From: an uncultured Chloroflexia bacterium
Lineage (GTDB): Bacteria; Chloroflexota; Limnocylindria; QHBO01
Direction: 5' to 3'
DNA: 64,000 nucleotides
NCBI GenBank assembly: GCA_963827475.1
Contig: CAWHAZ010000005.1
Span: forward strand, 480,001-544,000
The notes under the pieces were generated by a model, which saw nothing but the letters and a program-made list of their open reading frames with translations, was not told the origin of the DNA and did not search any database. A program made the translations under genes and the position numbers. This document shows positions 1 to 10,766 of this stretch, piece by piece; position 1 is the first letter of the stretch, and every line of letters starts with the position of its first letter.

Positions 1-435
1 AGCTCGACCTTCGTCCGGTTGAACGAGATCAACGAGGAAGACCTGGTCTGGGTGAAGGGCATGAACCGGCTGCGACGCGCGTACCTGGAGATCGATCCGG
101 GGATCGAGCCCTACCTCATCACCGGCTGGACCGAGGACGTGGTGGGCGTGCTGCGGACCTTCGGGGCGCCCGGCGGAGCGGGCGTCCAGGCCCCGAGCAT
201 CCGGGGCAACATCATGCATGCGCTCGTCACCACCCCGGCCATGATCCTCATCGTGAACGCGGTCGTGGCGGCCGTGATGGTGGGCCTGCTGATCGCCCAG
301 TTCGGGATGACGATGGAGCTCGCCGCAGTCGGGGCGGTGGTCGCCTTCGTGGTGACGATCCTCGCCTTCGCGGCGTACGGAGCACGGAAGGCGGCCTTCT
401 GGATCGGGGCCGAGGACCCACCGCCAGAGGGGTAG
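1..435 (+). CDS. Hypothetical membrane protein, 5'-truncated by the window edge
   Basis: Frame 1 is open from base 1 (SSTFVRLNEINEED...MNRLRRAYLEIDPG); two hydrophobic C-terminal helices; TAG at 433-435. Confidence 0.7.
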   Translation, partial: SSTFVRLNEINEEDLVWVKGMNRLRRAYLEIDPGIEPYLITGWTEDVVGVLRTFGAPGGAGVQAPSIRGNIMHALVTTPAMILIVNAVVAAVMVGLLIAQFGMTMELAAVGAVVAFVVTILAFAAYGARKAAFWIGAEDPPPEG

Positions 436-441
436 CGGAGG

Positions 442-468
442 CTGGCACTCTGGGGCTCAGAGTGCCAA
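442..468 (+). promoter_or_regulatory. CIRCE element (HrcA operator) upstream of dnaJ
   Basis: CTGGCACTC-N9-GAGTGCCAA matches the TTAGCACTC-N9-GAGTGCTAA consensus; TATAAT follows at 473-478. Confidence 0.92.
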
Positions 469-487
469 TCGGTATAATCCGGCCCCC

Positions 488-1613
488 ATGGCGGTCAAGC
501 GCGACTACTACGACATCCTCGGCGTCGATCGCGACGCGTCCGACGAGGACATCAAGCGGGCGTTTCGGCGCGCGGCCCAGAAGCATCACCCCGACGTCGA
601 CACCAGCACCGGGGCCGAGCAGCGGTTCAAGGAGCTGAACGAGGCGTATCGCGTCCTGTCCGACCGCCAGCGGCGGGCCGCCTACGACATGTTCGGGCAC
701 GCCGGGGTCGACGGGGCGAGCGCGGCCGGCGAGCCGTTCGGGGGCGGGTTCGGTCCGTTCGGCGACATCTTCGACGCGTTCTTCGGTGGGAGCCCGGCCG
801 GCGGCCGGCGGCGGCAGCGGGTCGTGGCCGGCGCCGACCTGCGCTACGACCTGACCATCACCCTGGCCGAGGCGGTGACCGGCGTGACCCGCGAGATCCG
901 GTTCCCGACCCTCGTGACGTGCCCGACCTGCGCCGGCTCGGGCGCGGAGCCGGGCAGCGAGCCGGAGCGGTGCCCCGAGTGCAATGGCACCGGGGAGCGG
1001 CGCCGCGTCTCGCAGACGATCCTGGGCCAGATGGTGAACATCACCGCCTGCCCCCGCTGCAACGGGGAGGGCCGGGTCGTCTCCACGCCGTGCCATGCCT
1101 GCAAGGGCGACGGCAGGCTGCGCGAGGACCGGCGGCTCCAGGTCAGCATCCCGGCCGGGATCGAGAGCGGCCAGCGGATCGCGATCGACGGGCAGGGCGA
1201 GGCGGGTCCGCGGGGCGGGCCGTCGGGCGACCTGTACGTCATGGTCACCGTCCGCGACGATCCGGACCTCGTTCGGCGCGGGAGCGAGCTGTACGCCGAG
1301 GTGCCGGTCACGTTCGCCCAGGCCGCGCTTGGGCGCGAAGGTCGCGGTCCGCACGGTCGAGGGCAGCGAGGAGGTCGCCGTCCCGGCCGGGACGCAGAGC
1401 GGGCAGGAGATCCGGCTCCGCGGCCGCGGGATGCCGCGCCTGCGTGGCGCGGGTCGCGGCGACCTCCACGTGCTGGTCACGGTCGTCGTCCCGGCCAGGC
1501 TGAGCAAGCGCGAGCGCGAGCTCCTCCAGCAGCTCGGCGAGGCGAGCAGCCCGGCCGTGCTGCCCAAGAGCGGCCCGACCCTCGGCGAGCGACTCCGCGA
1601 TCTCTTCGGCTGA
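488..1613 (+). CDS. dnaJ: Chaperone DnaJ (apparent frameshift near 1330)
   Basis: J domain with HPD, G/F region, four CxxCxGxG repeats; the C-terminus (LGAKVAVRTVEG...GRGDLHV) continues in ORF 1095..1613. Confidence 0.95.
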
Positions 1614-1637
1614 GCTCTGATCACGGGCACGGAGCCG

Positions 1638-2543
1638 ATGCGCTGGCTGGCCCTCAGCGTCGAGGCCGACGTCGAGGCGGTCGAAGCCGTGAGCGAGATC
1701 CTCGGCCGGCTGGGCCGGGGCAGCGTGATCGAGCCGCTCCGACTGGTCGCCGACGCCGCTGATGAGCAGGCCCTGCGCGCGGACCCGGCCGCGGGCTACC
1801 GGGTGACGGCCTATGTGCCCGACGACGCCGAAGCGCCGGCCGCCGTGGACCGCACCGAGCGGGCGCTCTGGCACCTGCAGGCCTTCGATCTCAGACCGAT
1901 GAGCGCGCTCGCGGTGACGTCGGTCGACGACGCCGACTGGGCGACGGCCTGGCGCGAAGGATACGAACCGATCAGGATCGGCCGGATCACGATCGTGCCG
2001 ACCTGGCTCGACATCCCGGCTGACGCCGGGCTCGTGGTCCGCCTCGATCCCGGGATGGCATTCGGGACCGGGCTCCACCCGACCACCCGGTCCTGCGCGA
2101 TGGCAATGCAGGCGCTCGGACCCATGCCGGACGCGGTGCTGGACGTGGGCTGCGGGTCGGGAATCCTCGGCATCGCCGCGCTGGCGCTTGGCGCTGGGCG
2201 CGTGGTCGGGTACGACACCGATCCGCTCGCGATCGAGGCCACGCGGCAGAACGCGGAGGTGAACGGCCTTTCCGACCGGGTGGCGGCGCAGGAGGGCACG
2301 TTGCCCGAGGGCGCCGCGGAGCAATTCCCGCTGGTGGTCGCCAACCTCGTGGCCGCCGTGCTGGTTGAGCTGGCCCCGCGCCTCGCGGCTCACACCGCCC
2401 CGACCGGGACGGTCATCGCGTCGGGAATCATTCAGTCGCGCCGCGACGAGGTCGAGGCCGCCCTGGCCGCCGCCGGGCTGATCGTCTGGGAGCGGTCCCT
2501 CGACGGTGACTGGGTCACCCTGCGCCTGGTCCGATCGGCATGA
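1638..2543 (+). CDS. prmA: Ribosomal protein L11 methyltransferase
   Basis: DPGMAFGTGLHPTT and VLDVGCGSGIL motifs; follows dnaJ. Confidence 0.95.
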   Translation: MRWLALSVEADVEAVEAVSEILGRLGRGSVIEPLRLVADAADEQALRADPAAGYRVTAYVPDDAEAPAAVDRTERALWHLQAFDLRPMSALAVTSVDDADWATAWREGYEPIRIGRITIVPTWLDIPADAGLVVRLDPGMAFGTGLHPTTRSCAMAMQALGPMPDAVLDVGCGSGILGIAALALGAGRVVGYDTDPLAIEATRQNAEVNGLSDRVAAQEGTLPEGAAEQFPLVVANLVAAVLVELAPRLAAHTAPTGTVIASGIIQSRRDEVEAALAAAGLIVWERSLDGDWVTLRLVRSA

Positions 2544-3231
2544 CCACTCATCGGTTCTTCGTCGACCCCGGGACGACGGCCGGTGACCGATTCCCGGTGC
2601 CGGACGCGATCGCCCACCAGGTCACGCGCGTCCTGCGCCTGCGGGACGGCGACGAGATCGTCGTCCTGGAGGGCGACGGGCTGGAGATCCGCTGCCGCCT
2701 CGCCGGCGGGGAGCTGGTCGTCCTCGAGCGTGGCCCCGTCAGCCGGGGAGCCGCGTCACCGACTGACCGTGGCCCAGGCCCTGCTCAAGGGCGACCATCT
2801 CGAAACCGTGGTCCGGCAGGGGACGGAGATCGGGGTCAGCCGTTTCGAGCTGATCGTGACCGAGCGGTGCGTCCCCCGCGACATCTCGCCGGCGCGACTC
2901 GCGCGGCTCCGTGCCGTCGCCCGCGAAGCGGCCGAGCAGTCCGAGCGCGGCATCGTCCCCGAGGTCGCCGCCCCGGTCGCCGCTGGCCGATGTCATCGGT
3001 CCGGGATCGGTCCTGCTGCTCGAGCGCTCGACCGGCGCCCGACTGGTGGAGCTGCCGCCGATGGAGCGCCTGGTCATCGGTCCCGAGGGTGGATTCACCC
3101 CGGACGAGGTGGCTGCCGCCGAACGTGCGACGGCGACCACCGCCAGCCTCGGCCCGCGCATCCTGCGCAGCGAGACGGTGGCGGCGGCCGCCGCTGCGGT
3201 CGTCCTGTCGAGGACGGGGGACTTCGCCTAG
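2540..3231 (+). CDS. rsmE: 16S rRNA m3U1498 methyltransferase (frameshifts near 2741 and 2978)
   Basis: HQVTRVLRLRDGD, EAAEQSER, IGPEGGF and LGPRILRSET are spread over three frames. Confidence 0.9.
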
Positions 3232-3243
3232 CCCCCGGTCAGG

Positions 3244-3732
3244 TCAGTTCCCGGCGGGGTCGGCGATGAACCACACGCCGCTGATGCCTTCACCCCTGGC
3301 GTCGCCTTCGGCCACGTCAGCGGAGAAGTAGTACAGCGGGAAGCCGTTGTACGTCGCCTGCACCAGGCCGTCGGGGCGGGTCACCTCGCCGAGCAGGGTC
3401 GCATCCGCGGCGCCCGCGTCCACCGGCGCCTCGAGCGGCGGCCAGTTGGTCAGGCAGTCGTCGACGCAGACGAACTCGCCTGTTCCTTCATCGATGTGGA
3501 TGTAGAGGGTCAGGCCGCCTGCGCCGGCCAACGCCGAGCCAGCGGTGGTATCGACGACGGTCAACGCCAGGCCGGCGGCCTCCGATGGAGCTGCGCTCTC
3601 ACCGGGAGCCATGCTTTCCGCAACGCTGGGCACCACGATGCTGGGCTCGCTGTCCGTTGGGCTGGCGGAGGGTTGGCAGGCGGCCAGGACGACGACCAGC
3701 CCGCCGAGCAGCAGTGCTCGATAGGTCTTCAC
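3244..3732 (-). CDS. Secreted lipoprotein with Yx(FWY)xxD-type repeats (COG4315-like)
   Basis: GGAGGAG RBS, GTG start, lipobox VLAAC, TLY...CLTNWPP, QATYNGFPLYYFSAD...GVWF. Confidence 0.8.
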   Translation of the reverse strand: MKTYRALLLGGLVVVLAACQPSASPTDSEPSIVVPSVAESMAPGESAAPSEAAGLALTVVDTTAGSALAGAGGLTLYIHIDEGTGEFVCVDDCLTNWPPLEAPVDAGAADATLLGEVTRPDGLVQATYNGFPLYYFSADVAEGDARGEGISGVWFIADPAGN

Positions 3733-3870
3733 GATGGGTTTCTCCTCCCTGATTCGTGGACGGGTCGTAAGGCGGGAGGCTACTCCGAAAAGCAGAACGG
3801 TGCCCAAAGCCGCCCTGACGCCTCAGAAAACCCCTTGTCGGTTCGGCGCGGGTTCCCGTAGTCTCCGCCG

Positions 3871-4239
3871 GTGCCCGCCCGTGATCCCTCCTACGAAGCC
3901 GAATGCTTGTTTTGCCGGATCGCGGCGGATGAGATCCCCTCGGACAAGGTACTCGAGGACGATGCGGTGGTCGTCTTCCGGGACATCAGCCCGAAGGCGC
4001 CGACGCATCTGCTGGCCATCCCGCGCCGCCACCTGGCATCGGTCGACGACCTGACCGATGCCGATGCCGACCGCGACCTCCTGGCCGCCCTGTTCAGCGC
4101 GCTGCGCCGCGTCGCCGGTGACGGTGGGCTGACCGGCTACCGGATCGTGACCAACGTCGGGCCGGAGTCGGGCCAGAGCGTGTTCCATCTCCACTTCCAC
4201 CTGCTCGGCGGCCGCCCCATGTCCTGGCCTCCGGGATGA
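3871..4239 (+). CDS. hinT: Histidine triad (HIT) nucleotide-binding protein
   Basis: CLFC start, HLHFHLLGG triad, WPPG end. Confidence 0.93.
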   Translation: MPARDPSYEAECLFCRIAADEIPSDKVLEDDAVVVFRDISPKAPTHLLAIPRRHLASVDDLTDADADRDLLAALFSALRRVAGDGGLTGYRIVTNVGPESGQSVFHLHFHLLGGRPMSWPPG

Positions 4240-4271
4240 TCTCGAAGCCTTTCGGGTAGTCTTCGCAGCCC

Positions 4272-7200
4272 GTGACCCTCGTCTGCGCCAACTGCCGGAC
4301 CGAAAACCCGGCGGGCGCCAAGTTCTGCACCGAATGCGCATCGCCGCTTGCCCGGCCATGCGCGAATTGCGGTACCGCCAACCCGGCGGGCGCGAAGTTC
4401 TGCGGTGAATGTGCCGCTCCGATCGCCACCGGCGAAGCAACGGCAGGTGCGACGATTAGTGCCCCGCAAGCGGCCTCGACGACGCCCCACGAAGCCGAGC
4501 GCCGCCTCGTTTCGATCCTGTTCGCCGACCTGGTCGGCTTCACGCCGTTCGCCGAGGAGCGCGATGCGGAAGAGGTCCGTGAGTCGCTGAGCCGCTACTT
4601 CGAGCTCGCCCGCCAGGTCATCGAGCGCTACGGCGGGACTGTCGAGAAGTTCATCGGTGACGCGGTCATGGCGGTGTGGGGCGTGCCGACCACCCATGAG
4701 GATGACGCGGAGCGCGCGGTCCGGGCCGGGCTGGACCTCGTTGACGCCGTTCGCGCCCTCGGCCCAGGAGTCGAGGCCCGAGCAGGTGTGTTGACCGGCG
4801 AGGCGGCGGTCACGATCGGTGCGACTGACCAGGGCATGGTCGCTGGCGACCTGGTGAACACCGCGTCGCGCCTCCAGGGAGCGGCCGCGCCCGGCACGGT
4901 CCTCGTGGGCGAGGCCACCCAGCGCGCCGCCTCAGCCGGCATCCTGTTCGAGCCCGCCGGGGAACAGGCCCTGAAGGGCAAGAGCGCTCCCATCCCCGCC
5001 TGGCGCGCCGTCCGGATCGTGGGCGGCGTCCGGGGCAGATGGCGCAGCGACGGCCCCGAGGCTCCGTTCATCGGCCGCCACGACGAGCTGACCCTTCTGA
5101 AGGACCTCTACCACGCCACGGCACGCGAGAAGCGGGCGCGGCTGGTGTCGGTGGTTGGCCCGGCGGGCATCGGCAAGAGCAGGCTCGGGCGGGAGTTCCT
5201 GAACCACGTCGACGCCGAGGCCGACGACTTCTGGCTCCACCATGGCCGGAGCCCGGCGTATGGCGAAGGACTGACCTTCTGGGCGCTGGGCGAGATGATC
5301 CGCCAGCGGGCCGGCCTGGCAGAGACCGATGACGAGGCGACCACGCGCGCCGGGATCCACGCCATGGTTGCGGAACACATCCCTGACGAGGCGGATCGCC
5401 GCTGGATCGAGCCCGCCATGCTCTCGCTGCTGGGCCTCGGGGACGGCTCCATCGGCACGGAACAGCTATTCGGAGCGTGGCGGTCGTTCTTCGAGCGCCT
5501 TGCCAGCGACGTCCCGGTGGTGCTCGTGTTCGAAGACCTCCACTGGGCGGACAGCGGCATGCTCGACTTCGTCGACTACCTGCTCGAGTGGAGCCGCTCG
5601 CAGCCGATCTACATCCTGACGCTGGCCCGGCCGGAGCTGCTCGAGAGGCGCCCGACGTGGGGAGCAGGCAAGCGCCAGTTCACATCGGTGTATCTCGAAC
5701 CGTTGCCCGAGCCGGCTATCCGGGAACTGCTGACAGGTTTGGTGCCGGGTCTGCCAGATCAGGCCGCGCGCGCTATCGCTGCCCGCGCCGACGGTGTCCC
5801 GCTCTACGCCGTCGAGACCGTCCGGATGCTGGTGGCCGATGGTCGCCTGGTCGAAACCGACGGCGTGTATACGCCCAGCGGCGATCTCAGCACGCTTGCC
5901 GTGCCGGAGTCGCTCACGGCGCTCATCGCCTCGCGGCTGGACGCGCTCGAAACGGATGCCCGTGCCCTGGCCCAGGACGCGTCGGTGCTCGGCCAGCGAT
6001 TCACCATCGCCGGACTCGCCGCGGTCAGCGGCCTCGAGGCGTCCACCCTCACCCCACTGCTGGAGACCCTCGTTCGCCGCGAGCTGCTGGCCATGGAGAC
6101 CGATCCGCGGTCACCCGAGCGAAACCAATACGGGTTCGTGCAGTCGCTGATCCGCGAGGTGACCTACAACACGCTTGCCCGCCGCGACCGCAAGATTCGT
6201 CACCTGGCCGCTGCACGGTTCTTCGAGAGCCTCGACACAGATGAGCTGGCTGGAGGACTCGCGGGCCAATACCTCGCAGCCCACGCCAACGCGGATGGGC
6301 CGGAGGAAACGGCCGCCCTGGCTGCCCAGGCTCGAGTCGCGCTGCGGGCCGCCGCCGACCGGGCGCTGGCCCTCGGCGGGACCGAGCAGGCTTTCGAGTT
6401 CCTTCGACAGGCACTCGCACTGGCGCACGAGCCATCGGACGCTGCCGATCTAGCGCTGCGCGCGGGCGCGGCCGCGGGGGATTCGGGGCGGTATCACGAC
6501 GCCGAGGAGCTGCTTCAGCAGGCTCGCAATGGCTTCAGCGCGGTGGAGGACCAGAACGGATCCGACCAGGCTCTCACCTTGCAAGCCTCAGCCATGATCA
6601 ACGGGGGCCGATACACGGATGCGGTCGACCTGCTCGAGCCGGCGCTGAGCGGCATCGATGACTTCTCGGCCCGACCGGGCCTCATTGCCGCTGGCGGTCA
6701 GCTGGCACGCGCGCAGATGCTGCAGATCACGAACGCCGGCCTGGCGATCGCTGCGAGCGACCGCGTCCTCCCAGCGGCGGAGCGCGCCAACAACGGGGCA
6801 CTCGTGGCGGACCTGCTGATCACCAAGGGGACCGCGATGTCCATGGCGGGCCGCAGACGGGAGGGCCTGGCCTTGATCCGGGCCGGTGGTGACCTCGGTG
6901 AATCGCTCGGCGCCAGCAGCGTCGTCATTCGTTCCCTGATCAACCAGGCTTCGGCACTCGAATGGTTCTCCCCGCGCGACGTCCTGTCCGGGACCCAGCG
7001 GGGACTGACCGAGGCCAAGCGGATCGGAAGCCGTGCCCAGATGATCGTCCTGGTAGCCAACGGGTTCGAATCGGCCATCATGACGGGGGACTGGGAGTGG
7101 GCGGCATCCGAAATCGGTTCGCTCCTAGACGAGGACCTCGAAGGAGGAGACCGGCTCCTCGCCCTGGGAATGGTGACGATCTTCCGCGCTTTGCGTGGGG

Positions 7201-7808
7201 AGCCTCGATCGGAACTGCTGGACGAAATCCGACGGATGGATCTGAGCGAGCCCTTCCTTCGGGACACGGTCCACACGTACCTGGGCCTGAGTGCCCTGGC
7301 CGATGGCGAGCTCGAAGAGGCGCGCGAACGACTCGATGCATCGCGAGCGCTGGGCCAGGTCTGGGTCACCGACTCCGGATGGGCCGTCCATCTGGCGACG
7401 TGGCTACGGGACACCGGGGGGCTTCGCGGGATCCTCGGCGATCTGCGCGGGGTCTCCGCACATGGTCCTGTCGCGGAGACCCTGAGCGCGAATGCCGAAG
7501 CGGGCATTGCCGCTCTCGCCGGCCGCGTGGGCGATGCGGTGACTCTTTACCAGCGGGCACGTGCCGGATGGCATGAACTCGGGCTGCCGTTCGCTGAGGC
7601 GCTCGCCGGGATCGACATGGCCACGGTACTTGACCCGAACCTGCCGGAAGTCGCGGATGCCATCGAGCGGAGTCGCCAGGTCTTCACCGAGCTCGGCGCC
7701 ACGCCACTCCTGGCCCGGCTCGAGGCGGAGGCCGCCAAGGCCAACTCACCGCCCCCAGCAACCGCGGAGCCGGTTCCGGTTGCGGAAACCGAGGTCGCCG
7801 CGGGCTGA
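4272..7808 (+). CDS. Double zinc ribbon + class III adenylate/guanylate cyclase + AAA/STAND ATPase + TPR-like protein
   Basis: CxxC ribbons; FADLVGF, KFIGDAVM, GDLVNTASRLQ; Walker A GPAGIGKS; Walker B LVFEDLHWAD; helical C-terminus. Confidence 0.92.
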   Translation: MTLVCANCRTENPAGAKFCTECASPLARPCANCGTANPAGAKFCGECAAPIATGEATAGATISAPQAASTTPHEAERRLVSILFADLVGFTPFAEERDAEEVRESLSRYFELARQVIERYGGTVEKFIGDAVMAVWGVPTTHEDDAERAVRAGLDLVDAVRALGPGVEARAGVLTGEAAVTIGATDQGMVAGDLVNTASRLQGAAAPGTVLVGEATQRAASAGILFEPAGEQALKGKSAPIPAWRAVRIVGGVRGRWRSDGPEAPFIGRHDELTLLKDLYHATAREKRARLVSVVGPAGIGKSRLGREFLNHVDAEADDFWLHHGRSPAYGEGLTFWALGEMIRQRAGLAETDDEATTRAGIHAMVAEHIPDEADRRWIEPAMLSLLGLGDGSIGTEQLFGAWRSFFERLASDVPVVLVFEDLHWADSGMLDFVDYLLEWSRSQPIYILTLARPELLERRPTWGAGKRQFTSVYLEPLPEPAIRELLTGLVPGLPDQAARAIAARADGVPLYAVETVRMLVADGRLVETDGVYTPSGDLSTLAVPESLTALIASRLDALETDARALAQDASVLGQRFTIAGLAAVSGLEASTLTPLLETLVRRELLAMETDPRSPERNQYGFVQSLIREVTYNTLARRDRKIRHLAAARFFESLDTDELAGGLAGQYLAAHANADGPEETAALAAQARVALRAAADRALALGGTEQAFEFLRQALALAHEPSDAADLALRAGAAAGDSGRYHDAEELLQQARNGFSAVEDQNGSDQALTLQASAMINGGRYTDAVDLLEPALSGIDDFSARPGLIAAGGQLARAQMLQITNAGLAIAASDRVLPAAERANNGALVADLLITKGTAMSMAGRRREGLALIRAGGDLGESLGASSVVIRSLINQASALEWFSPRDVLSGTQRGLTEAKRIGSRAQMIVLVANGFESAIMTGDWEWAASEIGSLLDEDLEGGDRLLALGMVTIFRALRGEPRSELLDEIRRMDLSEPFLRDTVHTYLGLSALADGELEEARERLDASRALGQVWVTDSGWAVHLATWLRDTGGLRGILGDLRGVSAHGPVAETLSANAEAGIAALAGRVGDAVTLYQRARAGWHELGLPFAEALAGIDMATVLDPNLPEVADAIERSRQVFTELGATPLLARLEAEAAKANSPPPATAEPVPVAETEVAAG

Positions 7809-7903
7809 TCGCCTGCCCCAGTGCTGGCCGTCGAATCGTGCTCGAAATCGGCGTCTGCTAGACTCCGCCGGCCGAAATCATCGGCTGAGAGGAGGCGAGA
7901 CGT

Positions 7904-8080
7904 TTGGCGGAAGTCCGCGTGGGTGAGAACGAGTCGTTCGAGAGCGCACTGCGACGTTTCAACAAGAAGATCCAGCAGTCCGGCATCCTGGCCGAGGCAC
8001 GGCGCCGCGAGCACTACGAGAAGCCCAGCGTGAAGCGCAAGCGCAAGGAATCCAAGAAGCGCAAGGGTCCGCGCGTCTAG
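7904..8080 (+). CDS. rpsU: 30S ribosomal protein S21 (absent from the ORF track)
   Basis: GGAGG RBS, TTG start; [48 protein letters not shown]... Confidence 0.96.
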   Translation: MAEVRVGENESFESALRRFNKKIQQSGILAEARRREHYEKPSVKRKRKESKKRKGPRV

Positions 8081-8137
8081 CCCCCAGCCGGGATCGGTCG
8101 TTCATGGCCGATCCCGTTTGCATGCCCGGATGAACCG

Positions 8138-8596
8138 ATGAGCCTCCAGACCGATCTGTCGACCGCCATGCGCGACGCCATGAAAGCCGGCGACGCGAAT
8201 CGGGTCGGCACCCTGCGGATGGCGATGGCGGCCGCCCACAACCGCCAGATCGAGCTTGGCCACGAGCTGACCGATGCCGAGATGGTCGAGGTCCTCGACC
8301 GCCAGGTGAAGCAGCGACGGGAAAGCATCGAGCTGTTCCGCGGCGGAGGCCGTCCGGAGCTGGCCGAGGTCGAGGAGGCGGAGATCGTCATCCTCCGCGA
8401 GTTCCTGCCCGAGCCGCTGTCGACCGACGAGCTCGAGCGCCTTGCCCGGGACGCGGTGGCGGCCACCGGGGCCAGCGGTCCGGCGGACATGGGCAAGGTC
8501 ATGGGCGCCCTCGTGCCTCAGACCAAGGGGCGGGCCGATGGGAAGGAAGTCTCAGACCTGGTTCGCCGGCTGTTATCCGAGCCGCCGCCGGGGTAG
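8138..8596 (+). CDS. yqeY: GatB/YqeY domain protein
   Basis: AMKAGD...KQRRESIELF...DMGKVMG...GRADGK; follows rpsU. Confidence 0.92.
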   Translation: MSLQTDLSTAMRDAMKAGDANRVGTLRMAMAAAHNRQIELGHELTDAEMVEVLDRQVKQRRESIELFRGGGRPELAEVEEAEIVILREFLPEPLSTDELERLARDAVAATGASGPADMGKVMGALVPQTKGRADGKEVSDLVRRLLSEPPPG

Positions 8597-8608
8597 CATC
8601 CCCGCCCC

Positions 8609-10712
8609 ATGTTCATCACGAAGACGCTCGCCCCCCGCGACGGAACGTTGACCGGGGCGGCGGCGGCACGGCTGGTGGCCGTCACCGCCTTCGTCGGGGT
8701 CGCCCTGTTCACGATCCTCGCCGTCGATCTCCTTCCGAGCGCGGTGGCGGTCGAGGTCGGCGACGTGGCGACCGAGGACATCCTCGCCCCGAGGGCCGTG
8801 ACGTTCGTGTCGGCTTCCGAGACGGAGGCCGCGCAGGCCGAGGCCGAGGCGGCGGTGGAGCCGATCTACGTCGAGATCGGTCCGCAGGCCGAGATCCGAT
8901 CCCGGCAGCTGGCCGCGTACGACGCGGAGGTGACCGGCGTCCAGGCGATCCTGGCCGACCGGGACGCCGGCAACCTTGGCGCCAGTCGAAACCCAGGCCG
9001 GGCTCGAGCAGGCGGCTCCTTCTCTGCGGGCCTCGCAGGTCGCGGTCCTGGCCGGCCTGCCGACGGCGCGCTGGAACGCCATCGCGGCCGAGGCCCGGCG
9101 CGTCCTGGACCAGGCGCAGGCCGGCGAGGTGCGCGAGGACGCGCTGGCCGAGGCGCGGCAGGCAAGCCGCGAAGCAGTGAGCGTCGATCTTGCCCCTGAC
9201 GAGCGGGAGATCGCCGGCGACCTGGCGGCCGCCAACATCGCCGCCAACCTTGCGCTGAGCAGCGAAGCCACGGCCGCCGCGCGCCAGGCGGCACGAGACG
9301 CCGTCGAATCGGTGCAGGTCAGCGTCCAGCGCAACGAGGCCGTCGTTCGCGCCGGCGACCCGATCACGACGCTCGACCTCGAGAAGCTCACGGCCCTCGG
9401 TCTGACCGAGCCAGCCGGAGATGCGCTGGCGCTGATTGGCTACAGCCTGATGGCCGCCCTGCTCGCGATCCTGCTGGTCGGGTTCCTGTGGCGCTTCCAG
9501 CCGGCCATCTGGCACCGGCCGCGGAGCCTGGTCCTGTTCCTGCTCATCCTCCTGGCCAGCGCCGTCGTGCTGCGGATCACCGGCGGTGGGGAGATCGCGC
9601 CCTACCTCGTCCCGACCTCCGCCGCGGTCATGCTGACCGGACTGCTGCTCGGTGGCGCGGCCGGTGGGGCGATGGCCATCGGTCTGGCGGTGGTGGCGGG
9701 GCTGGTCAACGATGCCGCGCTGGGCCCGGTGATGTACGTCGCGGCGGGCGGCTTCGCCTCGCTGGTCATCATCCTCCAGGCCGAGCGGCTGAACGCGTTC
9801 GTGCGGGCCGGGCTCGTCCTGGCCCTGGTCAACGTCGCCGTGGTCGTGGCGTTTGGCCTGCTCGACGCGCTGGATGCCACCGGGATCGCCCAGCTGGCCC
9901 TCGCCGGACTCGTCAACGCCGCACTGTCCGTGATCCTGGCGGTCGGCGGCTTCGCGGTCCTGGGCAACGTGTTCGGGATCCTCACCGTGTTCCAGATGCT
10001 CGAGCTGGCGAACCCGACCAACCCGCTGCTCCGCCGCCTGCTGCTCGAGACGCCGGGGACGTACCACCACTCGGTCATGGTCGGGAACCTCGCCGAGCGC
10101 GCGGCCGAGACGATCGGCGCGGACCCGCTCCTCGCCCGGGTGGCGGCGTACTACCACGACATCGGCAAGATGAAGAACCCGCTCGCCTTCATCGAGAACC
10201 AGGCCGGCGGGCCAAACATCCACGACGACCTGAGCCCGGAGACGAGCGCACGGATCATCGCCGCCCACGTCCGGGACGGCGTGGAGCTCGCCCAGGAGTA
10301 CAACCTGCCGACCCAGGTCGCGGGATTCATCCCGCAGCACCACGGCACGGCGGTGATGGGCTACTTCGCCGGCAAGGCCGTGCAGGAAGGCGACGAGCCG
10401 GATGCCGATGCCTTCCGCTACCCCGGCCCCAAACCGCAAACGCGGGAAGCGGCCATCGTCATGCTCGCGGACGGGGTGGAGGCCTCCGTCCGCTCGCTGC
10501 CGCGCAAGGAGGACACTGACATCCGGGAGATGGTCGACAAGATCGTGGACGGGCGGCTGGCCGACGGCCAGCTGGACGACAGCGACCTCACCCTGCGCGA
10601 CATCGGGCGCATCCGCGAGTCGTTCGTCGAGCAGCTGCTGGGCATGTACCACCAGCGGATCACGTACCCGGAGAACGTCCTTCCCATCGAGCGCGACAGC
10701 CGCAGCGCCTGA
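8609..10712 (+). CDS. pgpH: 7TM-HD phosphohydrolase, PgpH-like c-di-AMP phosphodiesterase (frameshift near 8976)
   Basis: Extracellular domain, multiple TM helices, PGTYHHS, YYHDIGK, QHHGT, MLADGVEA; upstream of ybeY as in Bacillus/Listeria. Confidence 0.85.
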
Positions 10713-10766
10713 CCGATTCCCTGCGCCTGTCTTGAGCGAGGGTCGCCCCTGGCCTAGGATGGACCG

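Noticed and set aside
488-3231. dnaJ and rsmE as pseudogenes or programmed frameshifts
   Set aside because: All motifs are intact, no slippery heptamers are seen, and the same indel pattern occurs across the window
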